A stretch of 64,000 nucleotides of DNA. Source: a virus. The position numbers were made by a program, and so were the translations under genes. The notes beneath the pieces are model-generated. The model was not told where the DNA came from and made no database searches. It saw only the letters and a list, made by a program, of their open reading frames with translations. Location of the stretch: IMG/VR virus record IMGVR_UViG_3300046820_001062, positions 1 to 64,000 of that record; one strand, written 5' to 3'. Every line of letters begins with the position of its first letter. Within the stretch, counting starts at the first letter, position 1. Positions 39,601 to 46,398 of the stretch are shown one piece after another.

Positions 39601-41927
39601 TGAGCTTTTTCAATACTATCACTTAATTGTTTTAAAATAAGAAGAGCTGTTTCTGAATTACTCAACTTATTTACTTGCTCATAGAATGCAACTAAATCTG
39701 TGGTGTTTGTTAAATCTAAAGTTTTTAAAGCAGGATATGCTTCTCTTACTTGATTTACAAGAGGACCTTTTCCAATTAATGCTTTAGCTAAATTTGTTAT
39801 AACAGCTTCATTAACAGGAAAATTAAACTGATTTTTATTTTCAGGTTCAGCAATAAAACCATAAGGACCTTGTTTGTCCATTGGTCTAATTTCTATTTGT
39901 AACTGTCCTGCTTTTGATGTTGCAAAGTTTACACGCAATGGTGCTTTGTTATCATCATTTGGTCCTTGTTTTGCTTTGTTGTAAAACTTGAATCCATATG
40001 CATTTCTATCAAAATTTCTGATATCACCAGCTCTGTTTGCTGATGTTTGAAGAATATTTGCTAGAGATACAATAAACTTTGCAAACTCTACTTGCTGAGA
40101 CATCTGTAATACAGGAGCAATACTTCTGTATCCAATTGTTCCATCAGCATTAAAACGCAACAGGATATTTAACTGATTACCATGTTCTGGTTTAACTATT
40201 TTACCTTGTATCTCAGAAGGATTGATACCTAATACATCACTTGCATACACCTCTTGAGAAACTGTAGCACCATTCTCTAATTGAATTAGTTGTCCTTTTG
40301 CTAAAAATGGTTTAAGTATGTAAGGATCATTTTTAACTTTTGTATAAATAAAAGGAACACTGATTACTTCTGAGTTTACTATTGCACCATTAACCATTGT
40401 TACAACTGTCAATGGTTTTGACAAAGTTGTATCTAATTCTATCTCATCTTTTAGTAATTGCTTTTTGCTGATATCTGTTCTTTTTGAATTAGCTTCATAA
40501 GAATTAAAAAATTCAGTAGTAACATCAATTGAGTTATCAGATGTACCAGCAACCTTATCAGAAATACTTGATTTAAAAACTTGAAATAATTTGTTAGACT
40601 CAGACATTGACATAACATCTGTATCAGTTAAGGATTTATTTCCTTCTTTTGTATTCTTTACGGCAAGAGTTTTAACCAATGCCAAATGTTCTGGGTTTGA
40701 AAAGTCAACTCTCTCTGTTGTATTATCACTACTAACAAATACAAAGTTGTCAGAAGAATACATGTAAAATTTTTCACCGCTGCCAATAATCTCACCAACA
40801 AGAACAAATTGTTGTTCACTTGCTTTAGGTCTAGAAACAGTCATGATCTTCTTAGTGGAAGATGCTTGCAACGCTTTTATTTGTGTAGCGTTTTCAAATG
40901 TTTCATGTTCTCTGTTTTCAAGGGAAGAATACTTTGGATTTTGTTTTGCTGCTTCCTGGATACGTTCAACCCTTCTATCTGCAACATCACTTAATTTAAC
41001 TGCATGAATTTTAATACCAGCTTGTGGATTTTTCATGTTAGCTAATTTCTTTTCTAATTCAAATTGATCAGCTGAATCAACTGCTTTAATTGAAAAACTA
41101 GAAAGAAGTGTGTGTTCTTGGAATACTTGTTCCCCAGCATTACTTTTTGAGTTATCTGCAACGCGTGCGTCTTTTGCTGCAAGAATTTGTGAAGAATCAA
41201 TTGTTTGCAAAGATCCATCACTTGTAATAACTTTAAATTGTTCATCTTGTCTTACTCCTTCAACCATTTGACCATTTGTCAAAGTGATTAATACATTATT
41301 CAAATCTGCTAGATTAGCAATATCTGACAATGGAATAAAACTAGATGATTTCCTTAAAGAGTTTATCGCTTCATCAACCTGCTTGATTAAAAAATCTTTA
41401 TGAGCTTGAGGAGAATCATGTTCTATAATTGCGTTCTTAATTGCTGTAGAAAATTCATTTAGCAATTGTTCTCTTTCCTCATTTGTTGGAAAAGCTGTAA
41501 TACTAAAATAGTTTTTAACAGATGTAAGAATACCTTCAGAAGAAATTAAGTCCTGACGTGTTATGTTCTTTTTAGTAGATAATTTGTCAATTGCTTTAGA
41601 AATGCTTTCAACTTTTAAAGGTGAAGGCTTTTTAACGCCTAACATTTCACTGACTGTTGATACATAATTTGATGCATCATCCATAAGTACTACAGCACTG
41701 ATAACGCCTTCAGCATTTCCAGGATTGTAAAACTCACTATCAATACCTGCTAAACCCTTATAAATATAAGCCATGTTATGCAGTGACATCATCTTTTGTT
41801 CAGGAGTCAGTGCACTACCAAGTATAAACTTTGAAGCATTATCAAAGTTATTATATACTGAAGGGTCTAGTTTAATTAAGTTAAGTACAACTGAAGTGTA
41901 CTTGTCAGTTTGTATTTGACATGCCAT
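30606..41927 (-). CDS. crAss-like single-chain virion RNA polymerase (3773 aa) with zincin motif
   Basis: Catalytic GSDFDVD (DFDVD codons 33981-33995) preceded by FGVRIPT; HEAFH (38964-38978) with downstream AEEILAD. Confidence 0.88.
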   Translation of the reverse strand: MACQIQTDKYTSVVLNLIKLDPSVYNNFDNASKFILGSALTPEQKMMSLHNMAYIYKGLAGIDSEFYNPGNAEGVISAVVLMDDASNYVSTVSEMLGVKKPSPLKVESISKAIDKLSTKKNITRQDLISSEGILTSVKNYFSITAFPTNEEREQLLNEFSTAIKNAIIEHDSPQAHKDFLIKQVDEAINSLRKSSSFIPLSDIANLADLNNVLITLTNGQMVEGVRQDEQFKVITSDGSLQTIDSSQILAAKDARVADNSKSNAGEQVFQEHTLLSSFSIKAVDSADQFELEKKLANMKNPQAGIKIHAVKLSDVADRRVERIQEAAKQNPKYSSLENREHETFENATQIKALQASSTKKIMTVSRPKASEQQFVLVGEIIGSGEKFYMYSSDNFVFVSSDNTTERVDFSNPEHLALVKTLAVKNTKEGNKSLTDTDVMSMSESNKLFQVFKSSISDKVAGTSDNSIDVTTEFFNSYEANSKRTDISKKQLLKDEIELDTTLSKPLTVVTMVNGAIVNSEVISVPFIYTKVKNDPYILKPFLAKGQLIQLENGATVSQEVYASDVLGINPSEIQGKIVKPEHGNQLNILLRFNADGTIGYRSIAPVLQMSQQVEFAKFIVSLANILQTSANRAGDIRNFDRNAYGFKFYNKAKQGPNDDNKAPLRVNFATSKAGQLQIEIRPMDKQGPYGFIAEPENKNQFNFPVNEAVITNLAKALIGKGPLVNQVREAYPALKTLDLTNTTDLVAFYEQVNKLSNSETALLILKQLSDSIEKAQKEFAEYLVDNIINKLAERTTMFPEFVQQLKRDFTFNGVYRPELLVADTDESGVLYPRIEYAQPAQRKEYREDLANFKILQASSKKFTVVPKAAVAQVTKTQEVIAPIVESEKIHKQEPLNTIEEDTTDIPDIEVFSLTDDANVIVETAEQRLAASEWLAQALPQFLIDNESLADVIDLTKLDGTVLGAFKDKVIYLNNALKGQGVIYHEAFHGVFRFLMNSEERQNLINAVTSNKKHANKFTEGALKEFARQRNYVYNKEEMTRLQAEEILADGFQNYMLKNTKPKGILGQFMAMLKKLLAMFTSKGDYIDNVYGKIKNGQYRNEVISSGIYDGQVAYELIPGLKQIVSTPAGVGQKTSVLSKADQDQLVNMLAGYVIEDGQKESFSTKFDRIAQLVLDYEYNMDVLLRTNAELFKSNPELKEKVIKTMGPLYANYRFMLGARAKGEALYDLNTTDNPSYDNRFNKNNSVKVYGEEELQDNHLGQVSYEMLKKQVKEQVDKINSILDGSEKSSDKDVIEKELSGANENTIANDDAEDQQEVPESSDFDASFNEINALESLPRQIRKFLAVVRYDQVHPTLGIKVPRMIAGEQVFGSLIKISAEIDPKNIIEHIKVIAQQQIEDGYTSAGSDLMAVYDKLNRYTKMDESGVPQSNKQLYNMIVDVLHKTEIDYVMIDVKTTQTFLEGDEVLTDTRNFTLVDKVHSQDVNNKKRNLVTSVIQKYKENKNNPEYLAAVDKLLQLSRTIKTSSFILSDVTSQNAKLESITIELQKAFEDVGMKFPKSLIRMSIMAIDQVDNKATLNITGTPLTHYNNHSKFISEKKYLEKDFFTDVINIFEKISINKISSNDFAVLLDEKNSKSDTVNRFNSIIKKAAEYIVKYDPNELPSTVRNAEGKPIYRYVSYTPATIIAQSIRTKGLLETLKEDPFYADFLESFYADNAMLGDLLKGLDTQKAKEMKLFMDNFKVSLFGGVSQTIGEKQKEGKSFKNIDEKSLYITNILTFLQRTTESSFRQELDENGKVKDVATKIQTYVRSFSQLEASQTNFLVTALYNQFANSKGLVLNADKRLKIVDTLEAVVKQEYNRIAKEWARSAENKENFDNKESNKIIDKYNGKLDSQDKSKAITDDSSLRAYKFNKIADFFSANPELESNETKTGLADFAKAGIAFEDLDQEIKDALLDTLENYAKEQLNKHATKLIDLGILQKTTQKQRNAKGELITRGVGGPEVEPITYYTSTLIPSVLRVDSAPAVSIDGLYQKTKENYNEAGGKLEAATDLRGLVADAFFNNWMNALHFNEIIDGDIAMNVKDATDYFKRNKKLLAGGSTMKEGYHKVAFLNTIQGYINESYPQYGPYYSEQEVINDESIESESVREEILKDYGTSMYDIFDGQSISSLMHQIDMHESMGRLSPEILHSLIAKHYRELSETEIRVMEAGKVVNNPKKTVTAARNSYHKQSENYIDRNDVSILTPKAGQTLEDAHNALHGLYMDIYSLRGQRQDLVLAGELGALTDIDNAITKNVEEIHTYFKALPHRQTLHNILNAMEYHQVDQLMDTTASKNATMLPVDYAIEAERIAGTDSYINLAMSSLQVDNKFKFLQVETSGVKDKAKFSVQSKALIAADLINLAEIAKASGLSITASEQKAIDNIASVLEEYQSTLKEIGVSNLANLKTILRKDGDFEVGKIFTLIRTSLEEQGAPTATLKLFDVDASGKPVHSANLPGVRNMLEYYFFSQYSKHVTDEKGSGFKNIHISSFGYNVLEDENGNVITTEQYRKNPSAYPNVKSRPLGVTVEEVNGVKTYYVEAIMPKPLFKSAAHERFYMQNLTKMFGVRIPTEDKRSMIAIKVVDFIDSSNLNGVIVPHFVHLLAGSDFDVDALYGQTFAHYFDLSGNPKLYGEYQDGKNTNLNKYAEFVQYMSKDADLKALIKKETKALLENNSYNITEEALSILYHSGFDESDYNGAMNFAELKESYDNLVIDIEELMEIRDEAKEEFVDAIRRNEVNPSDRRALQDRIDLGKEVGEYNEELGQKRDQRNKYGREVSRAKRFTFAGLKVAATLQAFSKLGLPTSAQAFEANPNYALSVRPVFQNKNLQAKLNIVSNEAVHKFLYIHERSSTQRFEDILEAFGIDIKDFSTKYNMYTTDGVVSTKVGNAMNKDGIGITANINKFLALASQYGLELKPENVVWAFKNANLEQVNFNKFGTLNIEDQRVIALIGNILGMFADGAKKPIPAALQMNEVNAGVTLAMIGVGMSPEFAIGFNFIPEIKKAVQSVQSTKYAISESMATAYKFLNNEVAEQIKLLAAENKDAIPNLISAGLISPRSNPYNIIINKNKLLIDFNAKALDPKAILNNTLSSTDIGYKVSAIVESKSEENAAEKVLNRTELSEVEQKMILLQLYKEQAQQTFDIKRAGSIIDLFKKLNPSFVNFDKLLTNVRNLEAGESIFTKESSDKIFENNQVWPQLLEAIEDLNTQASKIFLERTEFFAPIKKSFETVFTDQANIAKIITSFVALRKYQMSMPGSRITGTTMDTLIKEDDQNLLNTFTPEYWFTNELAKELEDMQKKYPQNKFLQLLRPDVSDNKVFLKSGGYLNERSLKMINKSKISGKLADEVSDDADFLLRTENMFMKKLFYHELAKTGMQYKSGSFLQYMNPEMQLDLSGYIETFISKLEETKGDRYKLISAIQEFLGKEITEKEVYDLFDELFIQMAQAASKEVGNTKIKIAERLSLNNMSNIMTSLQFEEGTKERERRAVAREVISRITGQFTEGDVTSVKLVDTINKKPVEVLEFNMDVPKDIVQVTKKTVEAIGKKLGIKYDPINELYNFPLIISIDRSKYLLQGVDDEISNNSFGKTVINSIVGRGEYISKGMSARYALIPSQLTAGTLSPIGFTKENTKKYMDYVSGKEKLEYIAPEIKKSEEAVGTLPESTEKQTQEPATKSQLQIDMENLNLTDEVVNSLYSESSKRMSPEVFKAAAQGMIANLRATMSNEQIIDKIKCL

Positions 41928-41955
41928 ACTTTTATATTCTTTGATTTTACGAAGA

Positions 41956-44900
41956 TCAAGAGAAACAATCTGTTATCTTCCTCAATTCATCTAAAATTGA
42001 TTCTTCAGTAACAATACCTCCCTCTACAAATTTACTACTTTTTTCTGATACTTGCTGCATTTCAGCGGTACTAATTACACCTTGAATTTGCTTATGTAAT
42101 GTTTGTAAACTTTCAAGAGTTAAACTTGCAGAAGTTGCAGGTGATACAGTTGTGTCAAACAAAGTTGGTTGTGATTCATCAGACTTTGTTACAATAACAG
42201 CTTTTGGTTTACCATACTTTATAGGTTGACCTGTAATAACAGATTCTCTAATTGCAGTTAATAACTCTTTACCTTTTGGTGTTTTATAATACTCCTCAAG
42301 AGTTTCAAAACTTGTTTTGTTCATGCTGTTAAATCTTTTCATTGATTTCATAGCACGATCATGCATTTCAACAATCTTAGAGTTTTCTGAAAGATCTTCT
42401 AACATTGGAGAAATGAATTGTTTAGCAAACTCAAGATTTAATCTTGTAGCATTCAAACTGTCAGAAAGCTGTTGAGCTTCTTGTTCACTTTCAAACTTTT
42501 CAGATGTTACAGGAGTATTGCTTTTATCTACAACATCAAAACCAGACTCAGTTGTACCATCTACTACAAATGGTTCTTCATTTTCAACAGGTTGAACACC
42601 CATTAATCCAGCAAGCATGCTTGATACATCTTGAGCACCTACACCATCTGTACCCTCTTCTGTCACAGGTTGAACTGCAACAGGTTGTTCTACAGGAGTC
42701 AATGTTTCAACTTCTGTTTCAATAGGAGTTGGTTCTTCAACAATCTCACCGTTCTCATCTACAAAAGGAACAGGAGCTTCTTCTTCTACTTGATCACCAC
42801 CGTTTATAGGAACTCTTGAAATCAACTCACCATCAGGTCCAACCTCTGGTAAATCTTCTTGATTTGCAGTAATGATTGGTTCTTCTGTTACAGGTTCCTT
42901 AGATTTTTGCTCTTTAACTTCATTATCAAAGTCATCTTTAAACATGTTATAAACCTTTTCTTCATTAGGAAGTAAAGGTTGATTCTTAACTAGTTTGTCA
43001 AGAATAACAAATTTTCTAACACTTGCATCATCTAATGCTCCGGCAGCAATGATTTCATCTAACTCTTCTACTGACAAATCAGATAAGCCATCAGATTTAT
43101 ATTTTGCAATACCTTCTTTAACTGCAGTTTTAATAGTTTCATTTATCTGCTCTGATAACTTTTGAGCATACTCAGCATTTTCAATACCAACATTTGGATC
43201 TACAGCTAACGTGAGGATATTGTTATAAGCCTCACTAGAAGTTACAGCTGTTTCAATATCAGCTAGAAGATTTACATACTCTTGTTGATTTAAACCTAAT
43301 TCAATAGCAGCTGTCATTGCTGCAGTAGAGTAGCGTGCTGATACAGTATCTACATAAGTAATCAACTTATGCTTGAACTTACCATCAGCCATTCTTGCCA
43401 ATGCTCTTTGAAAGTTTTCTGGATTCATCAATACATCTACTGACCTCATATAGTCTTTAGTATCTTGATCCAATCTCATGTAATCATAGACTTTCTCAAA
43501 AGAATCTCTAACAGTTTGTTCTGTCAATTCAGTGTTGTTACCAGCTTGTTTGTTTTTAATAGCCATTAACTTTCTGAATGTATCTAAAACTTCAGGATGA
43601 TCTATGCTATATACTTCCTCATTTCTTTTTGTTTTAACGCCATTTTCATCCTCCTGTTCAGTTGTATCTAAATACTTCTGACCAACAAATAAGTTAGATT
43701 CATCTTCAGTAATATCTTCACCTTCAGCATTTTTACCTATAACATTTTTTCTAGTATCCCAAAATGTTTTCCATTTGTTAACTAATGCAAGTTCCTCCTG
43801 TTTATTTTTAATTTGTTCAGCAAGTGCTTTTTTAGCTTCAGGTTCAATACCTTCAGCCTGTATGTTTGTATTTAAAATTTTAAGTTCAGCTATAATATTT
43901 CCCACTTCAGCATCTACTGATCCAGCATTTGTCAATGTTCTTAATGCAAAGTCAGCTGAAACACCCATGTTAGGCATTGCCAATATTTCACTGGCTACTT
44001 GCTTTGCACGATTTGAAGTCATCTCACCTTTTACAGTATTCAATGCAATTACCTGAATCGCATCTTCTTGAGCTTGTCTTGTTATACTTGTAACATATCT
44101 ACCTCTTGATCCTTCTGAATAAGCTATAGGATTAGCTAGTTTATTTTTAACATGACTTGTCACGTTATCAATAGTGTCAGAATACTTTTTAATATCTCTA
44201 GCTACTGCTTCAGAAAACTCTTGAGCTGTAGCATATTTTGTGTTTTCTAATTTATAACCAAATGATTTTTCAAAATCTTCTGCAGTCATGTCTACACCCA
44301 TATCTTTAACAGCTTTGTAAAGCATGTCAATTGAATGTGTACGTTTAGCACTTGCTACTGCAGATAATAATGAATTGTCTTTACCATTTTCAAAATCATA
44401 TCTTGAACCTTGTGCTGCTGCTTGTGCGACTTCTTGAGCAGCAGTCATTTGAGCATTAAAGTTAAATACTTTTTGTTCAAACTTACCTTCGTGAGCTTGT
44501 TTGAACAATGAGTTCATTTGTGATAAATCATCATCTAATTGTTTTTCAGCCTTTAAAATAGGATTTGAAGTAGGATCATTTTTGTATTGATTACTTATTA
44601 CAGCCCTATTTGCAGCATCCAAAGATCTTGATGCTACAGCTGTTGGGAGTCTAATAACAGAACCTGTTAACGCACCCATTAAGAATGTTTTTAAACCTTG
44701 TTTTGTAAACTGCTCTTCAGCTCCTTTTTCAAATGCTTCTGACAATGCGTACTTTGTACCATTCATTTGCCCAGCATAATAATCACGCCACCCAGCAGCA
44801 GTTGTTTCTTGTAAGTTTTCCTGAAGACCTTCTACAATTTCAAACTTAAGAGCATCTTTAAAGAACGCTTTACCAAATTGGTATGCTGCTTCTTTTTTGC

Positions 44901-46380
44901 CAAAATCTTTTGCTACTTGACCTAAGACACCATAAGCACCAGTAAATCCTTTTTTGTATAATTTGCTAGCAGCTGCTTTACCTTCAACTCTAAGAATCTG
45001 TTCAGCAACATCACTAGCTATCATGTTTGCTGGTAAGAACTTATTAAATAAAGTACCAAACTCAAGTTTGTTTGTAGCTAGTAGGACTGCCATGTTTGTG
45101 TTAAAGTTAGAAGAACTTGCATTCATAGCTAGTCCTCTCATTCTTTCAAACTCTTCAGCTGTAGGCGGAACACCATTGTTATCAATCTTATGCTGCTGTA
45201 CCATTTTATCAAGTGTATCACCATAAGATGTTACAGCTTCAAAACTTGCTTCAGTAGCAGCCATGTTCATTTCTTGACCAACACGTCTTAATCCTTGTAA
45301 TCCTAATCCCACCAATTGTCCAGCAGATGCACCACCTTTTGCAGCAGCAGCAACTCTTTCACCATATCTGATACCAGTACCAACTAAAGGAGTACCTTTA
45401 ATAAAATTTTCTCCAAACTCTGCAAAGGATTTAGACTTTAAAGTCTTTAGCCAACTATAGTTAAATGCTTCAAAGGTTTGAGCAACAGTAGATCTTAGTG
45501 GTGAAGCTGATGCATTTGCAATTTTAGCAGCCTCATCCATTTTATTTAAAACAGAAAGTTCTTCTACACTCTTAGCTCCAAGTCTACCAAAACCTTGTAA
45601 TACATCTTTACCAAAGACTCTTGCACTACCCATAAAGCCTTCTTTTACTCCAACTCTTGTAGCAGTTGCTCCAAAAGATACAGCTCCAGCGCCCCCTGTT
45701 AATGCTGTTATAGCTATGTCAGCAGCAATCTCAATACCAAGACCAGCAAATGTGCCCAATGCAAAACCAGCATTACCTACAAATTCTGATACTGTTCTTT
45801 TGCTAAAAATACTATCTTCATTTTGAGGTTGTTCAAACACAAAGTTTTTCTTCATGTCCAACTGATCTTTATAATAAGTCTCCATCATTGTAGTCTCATC
45901 TGGTTTCATTTTATCCCAGTCAAGAGTAAACAATGCTTCAGCCATACGTCCATAACCTTTCCAGTAATCTGAAAATGTATTACCAAACTTATATCCAAAT
46001 GAATCAAAACCTTTACCTAATGCAGTACCCCAAGTTTCTTTGTCAGCAAACTTCTGATAGTTTGTAGTATCAAATGGATTGAAGTGTTTTGCATCAAATC
46101 CTTCCTGATACATATATTGATCTGTTAAAGACTCAGGTGCATATGCTATGCCACTAGGTCCAACAGGTCTATTTACTTTTTGTAGTAAAGTTTGTGGTTG
46201 ATCATCAAAGTATACATCTCTTGTGCTTTGAGCATTAAGAGAATCAAAGTTGCTACTAAAGTTATTCTTACCTTTCTTAGGAGGATCAAATGCAGTTCCT
46301 AGTGCTGTTGAAATAGGATCAACAGCTACACTTTGATCTTGCATGCCTTGATTAAAATCAAATGTTATATTCTCTGCCAT
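41956..46380 (-). CDS. Giant virion cargo/ejection protein (1474 aa) with membrane-like segments
   Basis: Gly/Ala hydrophobic stretch VGNAGFALGTFAGLGIEIAADIAITALTGGAG; acidic Pro-rich linker; directly upstream of RNAP. Confidence 0.75.
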   Translation of the reverse strand: MAENITFDFNQGMQDQSVAVDPISTALGTAFDPPKKGKNNFSSNFDSLNAQSTRDVYFDDQPQTLLQKVNRPVGPSGIAYAPESLTDQYMYQEGFDAKHFNPFDTTNYQKFADKETWGTALGKGFDSFGYKFGNTFSDYWKGYGRMAEALFTLDWDKMKPDETTMMETYYKDQLDMKKNFVFEQPQNEDSIFSKRTVSEFVGNAGFALGTFAGLGIEIAADIAITALTGGAGAVSFGATATRVGVKEGFMGSARVFGKDVLQGFGRLGAKSVEELSVLNKMDEAAKIANASASPLRSTVAQTFEAFNYSWLKTLKSKSFAEFGENFIKGTPLVGTGIRYGERVAAAAKGGASAGQLVGLGLQGLRRVGQEMNMAATEASFEAVTSYGDTLDKMVQQHKIDNNGVPPTAEEFERMRGLAMNASSSNFNTNMAVLLATNKLEFGTLFNKFLPANMIASDVAEQILRVEGKAAASKLYKKGFTGAYGVLGQVAKDFGKKEAAYQFGKAFFKDALKFEIVEGLQENLQETTAAGWRDYYAGQMNGTKYALSEAFEKGAEEQFTKQGLKTFLMGALTGSVIRLPTAVASRSLDAANRAVISNQYKNDPTSNPILKAEKQLDDDLSQMNSLFKQAHEGKFEQKVFNFNAQMTAAQEVAQAAAQGSRYDFENGKDNSLLSAVASAKRTHSIDMLYKAVKDMGVDMTAEDFEKSFGYKLENTKYATAQEFSEAVARDIKKYSDTIDNVTSHVKNKLANPIAYSEGSRGRYVTSITRQAQEDAIQVIALNTVKGEMTSNRAKQVASEILAMPNMGVSADFALRTLTNAGSVDAEVGNIIAELKILNTNIQAEGIEPEAKKALAEQIKNKQEELALVNKWKTFWDTRKNVIGKNAEGEDITEDESNLFVGQKYLDTTEQEDENGVKTKRNEEVYSIDHPEVLDTFRKLMAIKNKQAGNNTELTEQTVRDSFEKVYDYMRLDQDTKDYMRSVDVLMNPENFQRALARMADGKFKHKLITYVDTVSARYSTAAMTAAIELGLNQQEYVNLLADIETAVTSSEAYNNILTLAVDPNVGIENAEYAQKLSEQINETIKTAVKEGIAKYKSDGLSDLSVEELDEIIAAGALDDASVRKFVILDKLVKNQPLLPNEEKVYNMFKDDFDNEVKEQKSKEPVTEEPIITANQEDLPEVGPDGELISRVPINGGDQVEEEAPVPFVDENGEIVEEPTPIETEVETLTPVEQPVAVQPVTEEGTDGVGAQDVSSMLAGLMGVQPVENEEPFVVDGTTESGFDVVDKSNTPVTSEKFESEQEAQQLSDSLNATRLNLEFAKQFISPMLEDLSENSKIVEMHDRAMKSMKRFNSMNKTSFETLEEYYKTPKGKELLTAIRESVITGQPIKYGKPKAVIVTKSDESQPTLFDTTVSPATSASLTLESLQTLHKQIQGVISTAEMQQVSEKSSKFVEGGIVTEESILDELRKITDCFS

Positions 46381-46398
46381 CTGGATGGTTTATTTTCT

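Noticed and set aside
644-41927. Introns, inteins or homing endonucleases in polB, nrdA/B or RNAP
   Set aside because: Genes are continuous, with no intein splice-junction or LAGLIDADG/HNH motifs seen; the terminal Cys are not at position 1 and there is no C-terminal HN
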